From: Bacteroidota bacterium
Lineage (GTDB): Bacteria > Bacteroidota > Bacteroidia > NS11-12g > UBA955
DNA: 64,000 bases
Direction: 5' to 3'
Assembly: GCA_027488835.1 (NCBI GenBank)
Contig: JAIYAW010000005.1
Coordinates: 112,518-176,517, forward strand
The stretch's first letter is position 1. Each line of letters begins with the position of its first letter. A program made the translations under genes and the position numbers. Positions 9,527 to 20,173 of the stretch are shown piece after piece. The notes under the pieces were generated by a model. That model did no database searches and was not told the DNA's origin. It saw only the letters and a program-made list of their open reading frames with translations.

Positions 9527-10597
9527 TTATTTAAGAAGGACTCTTTCTACAGATTCAAAAACAACTTGAGAATCAATATCTTCCATGCATGTGATTCCGG
9601 TTTTACATTGACCTAAATAAAAACACTGACAAGGTTTCGGGGGTTGAACAATTTCTCCTTTATTGAATAAATCGAATTCGTGGGGATTAAAAATATTGTT
9701 CATCAACACTATTTTCTTACCTAAGCCCAGTGTCAAATGCATGCCCATTGTAACTTGGGTAACTACCAAATCGCAGTGATCTATTAAATTGATAAATTTG
9801 TTAAGTGGGAAATTTCCAAAGTATTCGGCACCGCTTTTTGCTTGAATTTCTAGATTTCGTTCGTGTTCTTGCGCGCCACCCAAAAGCAATGGGAAATAAC
9901 CGGCCGCTTGAATTTTTAAAACCAATTCAACCCATTTGTCAATAGTCCATAATCTGGTTGTCCACCTATCGCCACATCCGGTGTTCAATCCAATCACTTT
10001 TTTGTTTTTTGGCAAATCCCAAGTAAAGCCTTTATCTGAATGATTGTCGAGTAAATAAGGTTCATTATTGTATTCTAAACCACACAATTCGAAAATTTCG
10101 GTACAGTAATTTTTTGTATTGGCTTGGCTCACATCGTCGAATAATCCTGTGCTAAATTTATGGTTGGCCAATTCATTTACTGGTTGAGATGCACCGTCCT
10201 TCAAAATATAGCCATATTTTTCTTTGGCATTGACCATTTTAAGCAAGGCACTCGCTTCTTTTTCTTTATCTAAGTTGATTGCAATGTCCCAATCTGTATT
10301 TTGTGCATATAAAATAGCTTCAACCCCCAATTTATAGATTTCATGGATCTCATTTTTTGGCAAAATGTCAGGGAATAAGGTAATCCATGTAAATTTGGCA
10401 GATGGAAAAAGTTTTTTATATCGGGTAACCAAGGGAGTTGTACGAATTACATCGCCCATTGCACCTAATTTGATAATTAATATTCTTTTTTCAATTGGCG
10501 TGTAAACAGGGCAGTTTTCGCAATGAAAGCCTTGTTGTTTATGGGGCTTGCAAGGAATATGGCCCAAAAAGTGAAGGCAATCGGATTTGTAAATCAT
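9527..10597 (-). CDS. Glycosyltransferase family 9 (ADP-heptose:LPS heptosyltransferase-like)
   Basis: RILIIKLGAMGDVIRTTP and IGLNTG..W..RLW motifs typical of GT9. Confidence 0.85.
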   Translation of the reverse strand: MIYKSDCLHFLGHIPCKPHKQQGFHCENCPVYTPIEKRILIIKLGAMGDVIRTTPLVTRYKKLFPSAKFTWITLFPDILPKNEIHEIYKLGVEAILYAQNTDWDIAINLDKEKEASALLKMVNAKEKYGYILKDGASQPVNELANHKFSTGLFDDVSQANTKNYCTEIFELCGLEYNNEPYLLDNHSDKGFTWDLPKNKKVIGLNTGCGDRWTTRLWTIDKWVELVLKIQAAGYFPLLLGGAQEHERNLEIQAKSGAEYFGNFPLNKFINLIDHCDLVVTQVTMGMHLTLGLGKKIVLMNNIFNPHEFDLFNKGEIVQPPKPCQCFYLGQCKTGITCMEDIDSQVVFESVERVLLK

Positions 10598-10658
10598 ACT
10601 GCGAAAATAGTTTTTTTAATAAAATTACACACTATCCGTAACGTTTTAGGCATATTAT

Positions 10659-13600
10659 TTGTCTATATTAGTAGAGAAATTGAAATACAGTAGGTCAAAA
10701 ATAAAAGTTTTCGCATTTTTGGTTGTTGTTTTTTTAACACAATTTGCAAATGCCTCTCACCTTGTGGGTGGATTTTTGACGTATCGTTGGCTTGGTTCAA
10801 ACGGTTCAATTACACAATATCGAGTGAACATGTATGCATACCGAGATTGTTCCAAAGATGGAACAACTGATCCACGTCCTTTCGATCCAGTTATTACCCT
10901 TTGTGTTTATAATTCAGACAAAAGTTTATATAACAGTTACGATGTTAACCTACTCAGTAAGAAAAAAGTTAATCCAGTTGGAAATACAAATTGTCCAGAG
11001 GTAGCGTCTGCTTGCTTAGAACAAGGACTTTATGAAGTTGTAATATCATTGCCCGTAAGTTCAAAAGGGTTTTATTTGAAGTGGGAGAGATGTTGTAGAA
11101 ACACCCAAAACAATTTGAGAGATCAAGGAGGGAGTGCATACCAAGGTCAAACTTATTTTGGATTTATTCCTGCAACGAATATTCAAAACAGTTCCCCTTA
11201 TTTTTTGGATATTCCAGTTCCATTCATTTGTAAAAATGACACAACCACAATCAGGAATAGGGCAATTGATCCAGATGGTGATTCTCTGTCTTATAGATTG
11301 GTAACACCGTGGCAAGGGGCATCGGTAGGAGCACCAACTGTTTCATGTAACTCTTTTATGATGAATTCACCAAATGTTGATTATAACAACGGTTATAGCG
11401 CTTCTCAGCCTTTTGGGAGTTCCGGACTAGCCTTCGTTGATGCATTTAATGGATTAACCACCTATATGTCGAAAGTGGCAGGCAGGTTTGCAGTTGCAAT
11501 TGAAGTTACAGAATGGCGAAACGGTGTCGCAATTTCCGCGGTTAGACTAGATTTGCAAATTCTCGTTATCAATTGTACCCCTAACAATAAACCCTCGCTC
11601 GGTTATCAACCCAAAAGTAAGTATTGGACAGTTGAAGCTGGTCAACCATTTTGTTATGATATTACGGCCAGGGATATAAAAGATTCAACGCAAATTATTA
11701 CGCTTCAAGCATATTCAGATATTATTACCGGAATTAATGGTTTCACTTATTCAAAAGCGAAAATGGATCCTGCCGTAAACGCAGGAAAAAAGACTGTGGT
11801 GAGTAAGTTTTGTTGGACACCAGATTGTAACATACCTACAAAAGATACTTTTCGGGTTACTTTTGAAGCATACGACAACGGATGTCCCTCAAAATTTGTG
11901 AATGAAAATGTTTACATCAAAGTAAAGCCATTCAATCCAACTGAAAAAATTGCAGGTCCAACTACAGCTTGTCAAAATCAACAAAATGTAAAGTATTCTA
12001 TCACAAATGTAGATACTGGCCATAGGTATGTTTGGTCGATAACGGGTGGATTGATTGTTGGTGGAAATACTGGGAATTCGATTATCGTTAATTGGGGAAA
12101 TGGAACCCAAGGAATTGTTAAGTTAAGTGTTACAAGTCGTTGGGGCTGTTTAAGTACGCCAATTCAATATCTGGTTGACCTTACACTAGCTCCAATTAAG
12201 CCCAAAATTACAGGTCCAGATACCGTTTGTTTCGAAGGTGTAAGTACATATGAAATTATTGGAAATTCAACCGATAAATACACATGGAAGGTTTTTGGTG
12301 GAACCAACAATGGCTTGGTACCTGGTAGTTTGGAAAAATTGAAAGTTTATTGGACAACCACCAATAAAGGATATGTCGCGGTTTTTGCCTCTAATTCAGC
12401 AGGTTGCAATAGTGCTGTTGATACCTTAAAAATTGTAAATGCCCCCTCCAACAAAGTGAAGCTCGATGGTCCAATTTCTGTTTGTCCGAACAACAAAAAT
12501 ATACTTTACACAATTTCTAATTTAGGTTGGAAAGCAACTTATACGTGGAAGATTTTTGGAGGGACAAATATTCGCACAACAAATGATTCTCAAGCGCTTG
12601 CCGATTGGGGTGGCTTGGGCAGTGGTGGCGTTTTGGTGAACTCAATAGATAGATTTGGATGTCCCGATACAACATTTTTAGCCGTGAGAAAAACGCATAA
12701 CCTTTTGGGTCAGCAGCCAATTGGTGATAGTATTATTTGTGAGTTAGATAACAACATTCAATTTAGAATTAAAAAGGTAAGTGGTGAAACTTATCAATGG
12801 TCAATATTTGGTGGAACAATTACAACAGCTGATACGTCAATTAAAATTCTCACAAATTGGGGTACAGCAGGATTGGGATGGGTGGGTGTTCAATCGAAAG
12901 CGTATGATTCAATTTCTAAACTTCCTTGTTTGAGTTCAGTACATAAAGTCAATGTGACCAAGAATCCAATTCCAAGTTTACTGTTATTTACAACGCCTGT
13001 GCAACCAGATATTTGTCAGGATGCAAAATGGATAGATTTGTTTAATTGGACAATTGATAATGGAGATTCAATTGAATTACAATTTACCGGGTTGAGTTAC
13101 AAAATTAAGAACACAATTGTTGGAACTCGACTAAACAAGATTTTTTCAATAGATATTAATACCATTGGAACTTTTACATTTAAAGCGAGGCAAATATCAA
13201 AATGGGGATGTATAGGTCCTTGGTACACTACTTCATTAACAATTAATCCAAAGCCAATTTTCAAACCATTGTCTGGTGATAGCATTGTATGTTTTCCTCG
13301 TATGAATGGATATGTGTATCAAATATCGGGTTTAGCAACGAGTACTTATTCATGGCAGTTGATTGGAGGGAAATACTCAACAAATCCGGGCACAAGCGGT
13401 ATGGCTGTGATCGATTGGGACAGTTTGGCGCCATTGAAAAAAATAACGGTTGTTGAGATATCTAATAAAGGTTGTCTAGGTGATTCAATAGGTACGGTTG
13501 TTTTTTATGACAATCCTAAAATAGCATCTAAATGGGTAACAGTAAGTCCTCCACCATTAAAAGACGGTCACAACTTAGTTCAATATGTAGTATGGAATGC

Positions 13601-14339
13601 GCCAAGAAATAAAGATAGCATCATTGTGCAAAGACGTCAGTTTGGTATGTCTCAGTTTTGGGATATTGACCAAACGAGTGCAAAAGATACGCTTTACTTC
13701 GATAATCAGGCATCTCCAGATGATTTTGCATACGATTATAGGGTAGTAACAATTAATCAATGTGGTGATTCTGTATACAGCAACATCAATACGTCGGTTT
13801 TGTTAACAGGTAAAAAGATAGGTGCTCTGTCAATGTCATTTACTTTTTCACCTTATTTGGGATGGAGCAACGGTGTTGACCGTTATGAATTATACCGTCA
13901 GCTGGAAGACAAACCCGGCTATGTTTTATATAATACATATTCAGTTCCATCAAACGATAGTTTTAATAATGGAATGGACAATTTCGGACAGCGTTACAGA
14001 ATAAAAGCCTATGAATTAGGTGGTGATAGGGTGTCTTGGAGTAATGATATCATTTTGTATTACGATCCTATTATTTATATTCCCAACGCATTTACACCAA
14101 ATAGAAATGGTAGAAATGAAGAATTCAGATCTGAATGTTCAGGAGGGAAAGATTTTAGTATGCGGATTTTTAGCCGCTGGGGCGAAAAATTATTTGAAAC
14201 AAATGATCCTCAACGTGGATGGGATGGGACATACAACGGTAAAGAAGTACCGAGTGGAGTTTTTGTCTATTACATTCAAGTTACAGATTACAAAGATAAA
14301 ATATACGATTTTAACGGAACTATTCAATTATTACGCTAA
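10659..14339 (+). CDS. Large T9SS-secreted protein with PKD-like repeats and a type B (gliding motility-associated) C-terminal sorting domain
   Basis: Signal peptide ending ANA-SHLVGG, repeated Y.W.I.GG...W units, and C-terminal IYIPNAFTPN..G.N..F, IFSRWGE, GWDG, GVFVY, GTIQLLR. Exact start uncertain. Confidence 0.88.
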   Translation: MSILVEKLKYSRSKIKVFAFLVVVFLTQFANASHLVGGFLTYRWLGSNGSITQYRVNMYAYRDCSKDGTTDPRPFDPVITLCVYNSDKSLYNSYDVNLLSKKKVNPVGNTNCPEVASACLEQGLYEVVISLPVSSKGFYLKWERCCRNTQNNLRDQGGSAYQGQTYFGFIPATNIQNSSPYFLDIPVPFICKNDTTTIRNRAIDPDGDSLSYRLVTPWQGASVGAPTVSCNSFMMNSPNVDYNNGYSASQPFGSSGLAFVDAFNGLTTYMSKVAGRFAVAIEVTEWRNGVAISAVRLDLQILVINCTPNNKPSLGYQPKSKYWTVEAGQPFCYDITARDIKDSTQIITLQAYSDIITGINGFTYSKAKMDPAVNAGKKTVVSKFCWTPDCNIPTKDTFRVTFEAYDNGCPSKFVNENVYIKVKPFNPTEKIAGPTTACQNQQNVKYSITNVDTGHRYVWSITGGLIVGGNTGNSIIVNWGNGTQGIVKLSVTSRWGCLSTPIQYLVDLTLAPIKPKITGPDTVCFEGVSTYEIIGNSTDKYTWKVFGGTNNGLVPGSLEKLKVYWTTTNKGYVAVFASNSAGCNSAVDTLKIVNAPSNKVKLDGPISVCPNNKNILYTISNLGWKATYTWKIFGGTNIRTTNDSQALADWGGLGSGGVLVNSIDRFGCPDTTFLAVRKTHNLLGQQPIGDSIICELDNNIQFRIKKVSGETYQWSIFGGTITTADTSIKILTNWGTAGLGWVGVQSKAYDSISKLPCLSSVHKVNVTKNPIPSLLLFTTPVQPDICQDAKWIDLFNWTIDNGDSIELQFTGLSYKIKNTIVGTRLNKIFSIDINTIGTFTFKARQISKWGCIGPWYTTSLTINPKPIFKPLSGDSIVCFPRMNGYVYQISGLATSTYSWQLIGGKYSTNPGTSGMAVIDWDSLAPLKKITVVEISNKGCLGDSIGTVVFYDNPKIASKWVTVSPPPLKDGHNLVQYVVWNAPRNKDSIIVQRRQFGMSQFWDIDQTSAKDTLYFDNQASPDDFAYDYRVVTINQCGDSVYSNINTSVLLTGKKIGALSMSFTFSPYLGWSNGVDRYELYRQLEDKPGYVLYNTYSVPSNDSFNNGMDNFGQRYRIKAYELGGDRVSWSNDIILYYDPIIYIPNAFTPNRNGRNEEFRSECSGGKDFSMRIFSRWGEKLFETNDPQRGWDGTYNGKEVPSGVFVYYIQVTDYKDKIYDFNGTIQLLR

Positions 14340-14386
14340 AACTTATTATACTTGCTTAACTAAACAAAATTAAGAAATATTAAAAT

Positions 14387-15163
14387 ATGTCAAGTCCATT
14401 ATTTTCAGACAAAGTATTCGACAGTGCTCGCAGTACATCTTATGAGGGTTCAATGACCTTAAAAGGAACAATTAACAAAACAATTTTGTTGTTTTTTACT
14501 TTATTAATTCCAGCATTTTGGGTGTGGAATAAAATGTCAGGGGTTGCAGAAATGGCTCCACTAGATAGGATGTCATATGCTCAAAATAACGGTATAATGG
14601 GTTATATGATTGGCGGATTAATTATTGGATTTATTTCTGTTTTAATTATGATGTTTAAAAAATCATGGTCGCCCTATTTGGCTCCAATTTATGCAGCAGC
14701 GGAAGGTGTTTTGTTGGGTTCTATTTCAATGTTTTTTGAGTTGATGTATCCTGGTATTGTAATTCAAGCCGTAGGCATTACCTTGTTGATTTTTGCAATC
14801 ATGTTGTCCGCCTACAGAAGCGGGTTGTTGCGCGCTACACCAATGTTTACCAAAGTTATCGTTTTTGCTACAATTGGGGTGGGTGTGTTTTATGGAATTA
14901 TGATGTTGATGAATTTATTCGGTGCAACTTCATTGGCTAATTTTTATGCAGGGAATTCTTTAATGTCAATCGGCATCTCGGCGGTTGTAGCGGGTATCGC
15001 TGCATTTAATTTAATACTTGATTTTGCTTTTATTGAACAACAAGTTGATCAAGGTGCTCCGCAATATATGGAGTGGTTTGCAAGTGTAGGATTATTGGCT
15101 ACATTAATCTGGTTATACCTTGAAATTTTAAGATTGTTATCGAAACTTCAAAGTAGAGATTAA
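14387..15163 (+). CDS. Bax inhibitor-1/YccA family membrane protein
   Basis: MTLKGTINKT, LILDFAFIE, GAPQYMEW and LIWLYLEILRLL. Confidence 0.88.
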   Translation: MSSPLFSDKVFDSARSTSYEGSMTLKGTINKTILLFFTLLIPAFWVWNKMSGVAEMAPLDRMSYAQNNGIMGYMIGGLIIGFISVLIMMFKKSWSPYLAPIYAAAEGVLLGSISMFFELMYPGIVIQAVGITLLIFAIMLSAYRSGLLRATPMFTKVIVFATIGVGVFYGIMMLMNLFGATSLANFYAGNSLMSIGISAVVAGIAAFNLILDFAFIEQQVDQGAPQYMEWFASVGLLATLIWLYLEILRLLSKLQSRD

Positions 15164-15176
15164 TAAAAATTTTATT

Positions 15177-15214
15177 TTAACAAAAGGCGCAGTTTACTGC
15201 GCCTTTTTTGTTAA
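15177..15214. terminator. Bidirectional intrinsic terminator
   Basis: TTAACAAAAGGCGCAGT-TT-ACTGCGCCTTTTTTGTTAA between convergent genes. Confidence 0.9.
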
Positions 15215-15237
15215 TGAATATAAGATAAATAGGAAAC

Positions 15238-15558
15238 TCAATCTTCACCATAAAGCAGCTCTAAGCGAGCACTTTGAAGTTCGGCCAAGCTGTGTTGGTC
15301 TTTAAGTTCTTTTGCAATTTCAATTCCTTTATCAAAAGTTACCATTGCTTCTTCTTTTTTTGCAAGTTCAATTTGAAGTTTACCTAAGTGATAATAGGTG
15401 GCTACGTAATTAGGGTAATTTTCAACGAGTTCAACATACTTTGAATGTGCCAATGTTAAATCTTCTAATTTGCGATATTCTTGGGCAATTGCATAATGCA
15501 CAAATGGATCGTTTGGTGAATCGTTTAAAAAAGCTTTTAATTGATCTAATCTGCTCAT
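15238..15558 (-). CDS. Small tetratricopeptide-repeat protein
   Basis: PNDPFVHYAIAQEY and PNYVATYYHLGKL TPR pattern. Confidence 0.85.
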   Translation of the reverse strand: MSRLDQLKAFLNDSPNDPFVHYAIAQEYRKLEDLTLAHSKYVELVENYPNYVATYYHLGKLQIELAKKEEAMVTFDKGIEIAKELKDQHSLAELQSARLELLYGED

Positions 15559-16076
15559 CGGATGTTATAGGTTAACGTAAAAATACGATTTCTTTCAGGG
15601 TGGAAATTGGCAGAAAGCTTTTGATTGATATCAAATTTGAAGAAGTGTGCATCTACAGTGGCATCAATTACTTGTAAAACATAAATAATGCTCACGGCAA
15701 TAATAGATGCATCTCGGTTGATACGGTAATTTTCTCTTTGTGTTATGGATAATGGATTTGGCGTTTTTCCAGCAGCATAAATACTCCTGAAAGAATCATT
15801 CATATTTGTCATGTTGGTTTGATTTGAAATCAAGCTGTAAATTGATATTCCAAGTGCTGTGTACACAATCGGAACTTTCCAATATTTCTGATTGTATATC
15901 TGACCAGCTCCAGGCAGCGCCAAGGCTAGAATTGTGGCTCGCCTTGGAGAATGAACCAACGAAATCATTGAATCTTTCTTGGTAGAATCAACCAAGAAAG
16001 ACACCTCATTGGCTTTGAGATTTTTTGTACTTAATAGCACAGAAACAAAGAGAACAATGATTTTTGTTAATTTCAT
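15555..16076 (-). CDS. DUF5683 family protein
   Basis: HSPRRAT.LA..LPGAGQIYN.KYWK.PIVY and IDATVDAH; this family usually follows parB in Bacteroidota. Confidence 0.8.
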   Translation of the reverse strand: MKLTKIIVLFVSVLLSTKNLKANEVSFLVDSTKKDSMISLVHSPRRATILALALPGAGQIYNQKYWKVPIVYTALGISIYSLISNQTNMTNMNDSFRSIYAAGKTPNPLSITQRENYRINRDASIIAVSIIYVLQVIDATVDAHFFKFDINQKLSANFHPERNRIFTLTYNIR

Positions 16077-16080
16077 TAAT

Positions 16081-16965
16081 TTAAATCAGATTCAAAATAC
16101 GTTCCAAATCTTCTTTGTTTTTATAGGAAATAATAATTTTACCTTTTCCTTTACTACCTGATTTTAAATGAACGGCAGCGTTTAGTTTTTTATAAAAGGC
16201 CTCAGTAATGCGGTCAATTTCAGGGTCCCAATCGGTTCCGTTGATTGCAAAACTATCTGTAGGACCTGATTTTTTTGCTTTAACCAATCCCTCAACATCT
16301 CTAACACTTAGGTTGTTTTCAATAATTTGTTGGTATAAATCTAGTTGGTCATTCAAGTTATCCATATTAATCATGGCTCTTGCATGTCCCATACTCACTT
16401 TGGCTTGCTTTATACCCAATTGAATTTCTTCAGGTAAACGCAGCAAGCGTAAATAGTTATTCACGGTTGTTCTGTCTTTGCCAACGCGTTCTCCAAGTTC
16501 ATCTTGGTTTAAACTGCACTCTTCAATTAGACGTTTGTAACTCATAGCTACATCAATTGCATTTAAATCGCTACGTTGAATATTTTCAATCAATGCCATT
16601 TCTAGCATATCTTGATCATTCGCAGTACGAACAAATGCTGGAATTTGAGTTAATCCTGCTTTTAATGAAGCGCGTGTTCTGCGTTCTCCAGAAATAAGTT
16701 GGTATTTATCATAACCCATTTTGCGAACGGTAATGGGCTGAATAACACCATGCACTTGAATGGATTGACACAATTCTTCAAGGGCAATTTCATCAAATTC
16801 TGTTCTTGGTTGAAATGGGTTCGCTTCAATATCACTCAGAGACACCAATGAAACCGATCCCAATGGATTGCTTTCTTGGATTCCATTATTGTCTTGATCG
16901 GCATTTTCTAATAGCGCACTTAATCCTCTTCCTAATCCGGTTTTTCTTTTTATTACTTGTGTCAT
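16081..16965 (-). CDS. parB: Chromosome partitioning protein ParB
   Basis: [20 protein letters not shown] and [10 protein letters not shown], with an HTH region. Confidence 0.96.
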   Translation of the reverse strand: MTQVIKRKTGLGRGLSALLENADQDNNGIQESNPLGSVSLVSLSDIEANPFQPRTEFDEIALEELCQSIQVHGVIQPITVRKMGYDKYQLISGERRTRASLKAGLTQIPAFVRTANDQDMLEMALIENIQRSDLNAIDVAMSYKRLIEECSLNQDELGERVGKDRTTVNNYLRLLRLPEEIQLGIKQAKVSMGHARAMINMDNLNDQLDLYQQIIENNLSVRDVEGLVKAKKSGPTDSFAINGTDWDPEIDRITEAFYKKLNAAVHLKSGSKGKGKIIISYKNKEDLERILNLI

Positions 16966-17759
16966 ACCAATACGTTATCTTCTGTTGCTTTTATTAATCC
17001 ATTTTTCACCAATACTTCTTTTGCCAAATTCAAATAGTTGATAGAACCTTTGCTATCTGCATCGTGATAAATTACAGGCATTCCAAAACTAGGTGCTTCA
17101 CCTAATTTTGTATTTCGTTGTATGATGCTATCAAAAACGATGTCTTGAAAATGTGTTTTTACATCTTCAACAACTTGGTTACAAAGTCTCAAACGACTGT
17201 CATACATCGTTAACAAGATACCTTCAATTTCAAGTTGTTTGTTCAAATGGTTTTGAATAATTTTAATTGTATTTAAAAGTTTCCCCAATCCTTCCAATGC
17301 AAAATATTCACATTGAACGGGAATTAACACACTGTCGGCTGCAACCAAAGCATTGGTTGTAATCAGACCAAGTGAAGGAGAGCAATCGATGATGATAAAG
17401 TCATATTGGTTTTTGATGGACTTTAATACGCCATCCATCATTCTTTCGCGGTTGGGCATTTCTAATAATTCAATTTCAGCCCCCACCAAATCAATATTTG
17501 ATGGCATCAAATCTAAAAATGGCGTTTCGGTAGAAACAATTACGTCTGATGGTCTAATGTCTTGCACCAAGCATTCATATAAACCCAATTTGGTGTTTTT
17601 GGGATTAAAGCCAACTCCGGAAGATGCATTCGCTTGCGGATCGGCATCTACCAAGAGTGTTTTAAACTCTAACACAGCCAAACTTGCTGCTAAATTAATT
17701 GCGGTAGTGGTTTTCCCTACGCCTCCCTTTTGATTTGCAATTGCTATGATTTTTCCCAT
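16962..17759 (-). CDS. parA: Chromosome partitioning ATPase ParA/Soj
   Basis: [26 protein letters not shown] and QCEYFALEG. Confidence 0.96.
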   Translation of the reverse strand: MGKIIAIANQKGGVGKTTTAINLAASLAVLEFKTLLVDADPQANASSGVGFNPKNTKLGLYECLVQDIRPSDVIVSTETPFLDLMPSNIDLVGAEIELLEMPNRERMMDGVLKSIKNQYDFIIIDCSPSLGLITTNALVAADSVLIPVQCEYFALEGLGKLLNTIKIIQNHLNKQLEIEGILLTMYDSRLRLCNQVVEDVKTHFQDIVFDSIIQRNTKLGEAPSFGMPVIYHDADSKGSINYLNLAKEVLVKNGLIKATEDNVLV

Positions 17760-17761
17760 TT

Positions 17762-18445
17762 TTATAAGTTTATTGTACTCCCAATTATCATTAAGTTTAA
17801 TTCTATGTTTTCAGCACTGAATAAATTGATAGCTTCGTCATGGTTAATTTTAATTAATCCAAACGTATCGTAATGCATTCCAATTACTTTTTTCACATTT
17901 AAAAATTTTGCAGCTTCAACTGCATCGGTGTAATCCATTGTGAAATTGCCACCAATTGGTAAAATGGCAAGATCTAATGGATATTTTTTGCTTACAAGCG
18001 ACATGTCACTAAATAATGCGGTATCACCAGCATAATAAATATGGTGGTCATTCGTTTTTAAGGTAAATCCTCCGGCCACACCGCCATAAGTTCCATCTTG
18101 AAAACTACTGCTGTGAATGGCTGGGGTCATTTTTATTTCTATTCCGTCAAAGATCCAACTTCCACCAATGTTCATTGGGTGGATATTTGGAGCACCTTGG
18201 TTTTGTAAGTAGCTACAAACCTCAAACATGCTCACAATGGTTGCATTGCTTTGTTTGGCAATTTCAACAGCATCTGCGGTATGGTCTGAATGGGCATGGG
18301 TGATGAAAATATAGTCGGGATTGATTTTTGAAATATCTACATCTTTTGCAAGTTCATTTCCACGAATGAATGGATCAAAAAGCATACTTTTGCCATTACA
18401 ATTAATTTCAAAACAAGCGTGTCCGTAGTAAGTTATCTGAATCAT
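17762..18445 (-). CDS. UPF0173 metal-dependent hydrolase (MBL fold)
   Basis: [28 protein letters not shown] and GMHYDTF. Confidence 0.88.
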   Translation of the reverse strand: MIQITYYGHACFEINCNGKSMLFDPFIRGNELAKDVDISKINPDYIFITHAHSDHTADAVEIAKQSNATIVSMFEVCSYLQNQGAPNIHPMNIGGSWIFDGIEIKMTPAIHSSSFQDGTYGGVAGGFTLKTNDHHIYYAGDTALFSDMSLVSKKYPLDLAILPIGGNFTMDYTDAVEAAKFLNVKKVIGMHYDTFGLIKINHDEAINLFSAENIELNLMIIGSTINL

Positions 18446-20173
18446 ATAAATCGACTGAGGAACAAATTTATCTCTTCTCGTCTTTACTTGTGTATTTTTA
18501 CTTGTTTCCTTTTATTCACGTTTTTGGGAATAATATGTTGTAAAAATGTTGATAATATTTACAACCCCTCTGTCTTTCAATATAATGAAGATGTTTCGGT
18601 AAATACCTTGGATCCTGCATTCATAAAATCACAATCCGAAATATGGATTGGATCTCAAATCTATGAGGGCCTGATAGCCCTTGATACGCAGTTAAAACCG
18701 ATTCCTGCCCTTGCAAAAAGATGGGAAATTTCCGAAAATGGAAATGTGTATAAGTTTGTATTAAATACCCAAGCCAAATTTTGCTATACAAATGTAGGAA
18801 ATTGGGGTAAGCCAAAAACGCAATTTCAAAACATCACTGTGCAAGATGTACTTTACAGCTTTTACCGCGTAATTGATCCAAAAACTGCTTCTCCGGGAGC
18901 GTGGATTTTTTCTGACAAAATTGAAATACCCGAGGGAATGTCGATTGCAGATTTGAAAAAAACTAATAATGCACCTTTTGTTGCATTGAACGATTCTACC
19001 ATCCAGATAACGTTGAAAAGTCCATTCCCAGCTTTCTTGTCATTGCTCGCTACAAATTATGCATGGATTGTCCCTCAAAATACACAAAACTGGAAAACCG
19101 GGAAATTGGGTCGTTGCCCAATTGGAACAGGACCTTTTTACCTAAAAAAATGGGAAGAAGATGTACGTTTGGTGATGCTTAAAAACCCACAATATCATCA
19201 ATTTGAAAAAGATCTTCGTTTGCCGTATTTAGAAGCAGTCAATGTCGATTTTGTGAAAAACAAGCAAACCGCATTTATGCAATTTTTAGCAGGGAAGTAT
19301 GATTTTTTCAATGGAATTGATGGTACTTTTAAAGATGATATTTTGGGAAAAGATGGTCAAATAAAAGCTAAATATAAACACAGAATTAAAGCGCTTATAA
19401 CTCCGTTTTTAAATACTGAATATGTAGGATTTTATTTGGGTGATTCTTTAGATGGGAAAATGAATCCATTTGCTGATGTGAATCTAAGGAAAGCATTGCA
19501 ATGGTCGGTTGATAGAAAATCAATGCTCAAATATCTTCGCAATGGACTAGGAACAGAGGGGAATGGTGGATTTGTGCCACCTTCATTAACAGGTGACCTC
19601 AATAATTACCAGAATTTATTCCATCTAGATTCAGCCAAAAAGCATTTGGCTGCATCTGAATATATCAAAAACCCAAAGAAATTCGCAAAACTAAAAATCA
19701 CAGTAACGGCAGATTATTTAGATATTGCAGTGTATTTACAAAAATCTTGGGAACAAATTGGAATCCCCGTTGAAGTTGATTTGCAAGCCGGAGGAATGAT
19801 TCGACAATTGCGTAACCAAGGAAAATTAGGTATGTTCAGGGGATCATGGATTGCTGATTATCCGGATGCAGAGAACTTTCTAACTTGCTTCTTTACCAAG
19901 TATTTTAGTCCCAACGGACCAAATTACACCCATTTTACCTCTGTCGAATTTGATCAATTATTTGAAAAAATTGCATTTGGAACGTATGATTATCCCTCAA
20001 AAAGAAATGACGACATACAAATGGCAAATAAGTTAATTATTGAAAACGCGCCTGTTTTTATTCTGTATTACGACAAAAGTCTGAGATTGATGCATCCTTA
20101 CATTGAAGGACTGTCAAATGATGCGGCAAACAGATTGGATTTGAAAAGGGTAAAGAAAAAGACTAGAAACTAG
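18419..20173 (+). CDS. ABC transporter substrate-binding protein, family 5 (OppA/DppA-like)
   Basis: TLDPAF, PIPALAKRWEIS, PIGTGPF and WIADYPDAENFL. The true start is probably downstream (for example TTG 18488), since 18419 overlaps the divergent gene. Confidence 0.88.
   Translation: MSVVSYLNHINRLRNKFISSRLYLCIFTCFLLFTFLGIICCKNVDNIYNPSVFQYNEDVSVNTLDPAFIKSQSEIWIGSQIYEGLIALDTQLKPIPALAKRWEISENGNVYKFVLNTQAKFCYTNVGNWGKPKTQFQNITVQDVLYSFYRVIDPKTASPGAWIFSDKIEIPEGMSIADLKKTNNAPFVALNDSTIQITLKSPFPAFLSLLATNYAWIVPQNTQNWKTGKLGRCPIGTGPFYLKKWEEDVRLVMLKNPQYHQFEKDLRLPYLEAVNVDFVKNKQTAFMQFLAGKYDFFNGIDGTFKDDILGKDGQIKAKYKHRIKALITPFLNTEYVGFYLGDSLDGKMNPFADVNLRKALQWSVDRKSMLKYLRNGLGTEGNGGFVPPSLTGDLNNYQNLFHLDSAKKHLAASEYIKNPKKFAKLKITVTADYLDIAVYLQKSWEQIGIPVEVDLQAGGMIRQLRNQGKLGMFRGSWIADYPDAENFLTCFFTKYFSPNGPNYTHFTSVEFDQLFEKIAFGTYDYPSKRNDDIQMANKLIIENAPVFILYYDKSLRLMHPYIEGLSNDAANRLDLKRVKKKTRN

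Noticed and set aside
15555-18445. parA/parB as a sign of a plasmid or mobile element
   Set aside because: Hydrolase-parA-parB-DUF5683 is the usual chromosomal arrangement in Bacteroidota.
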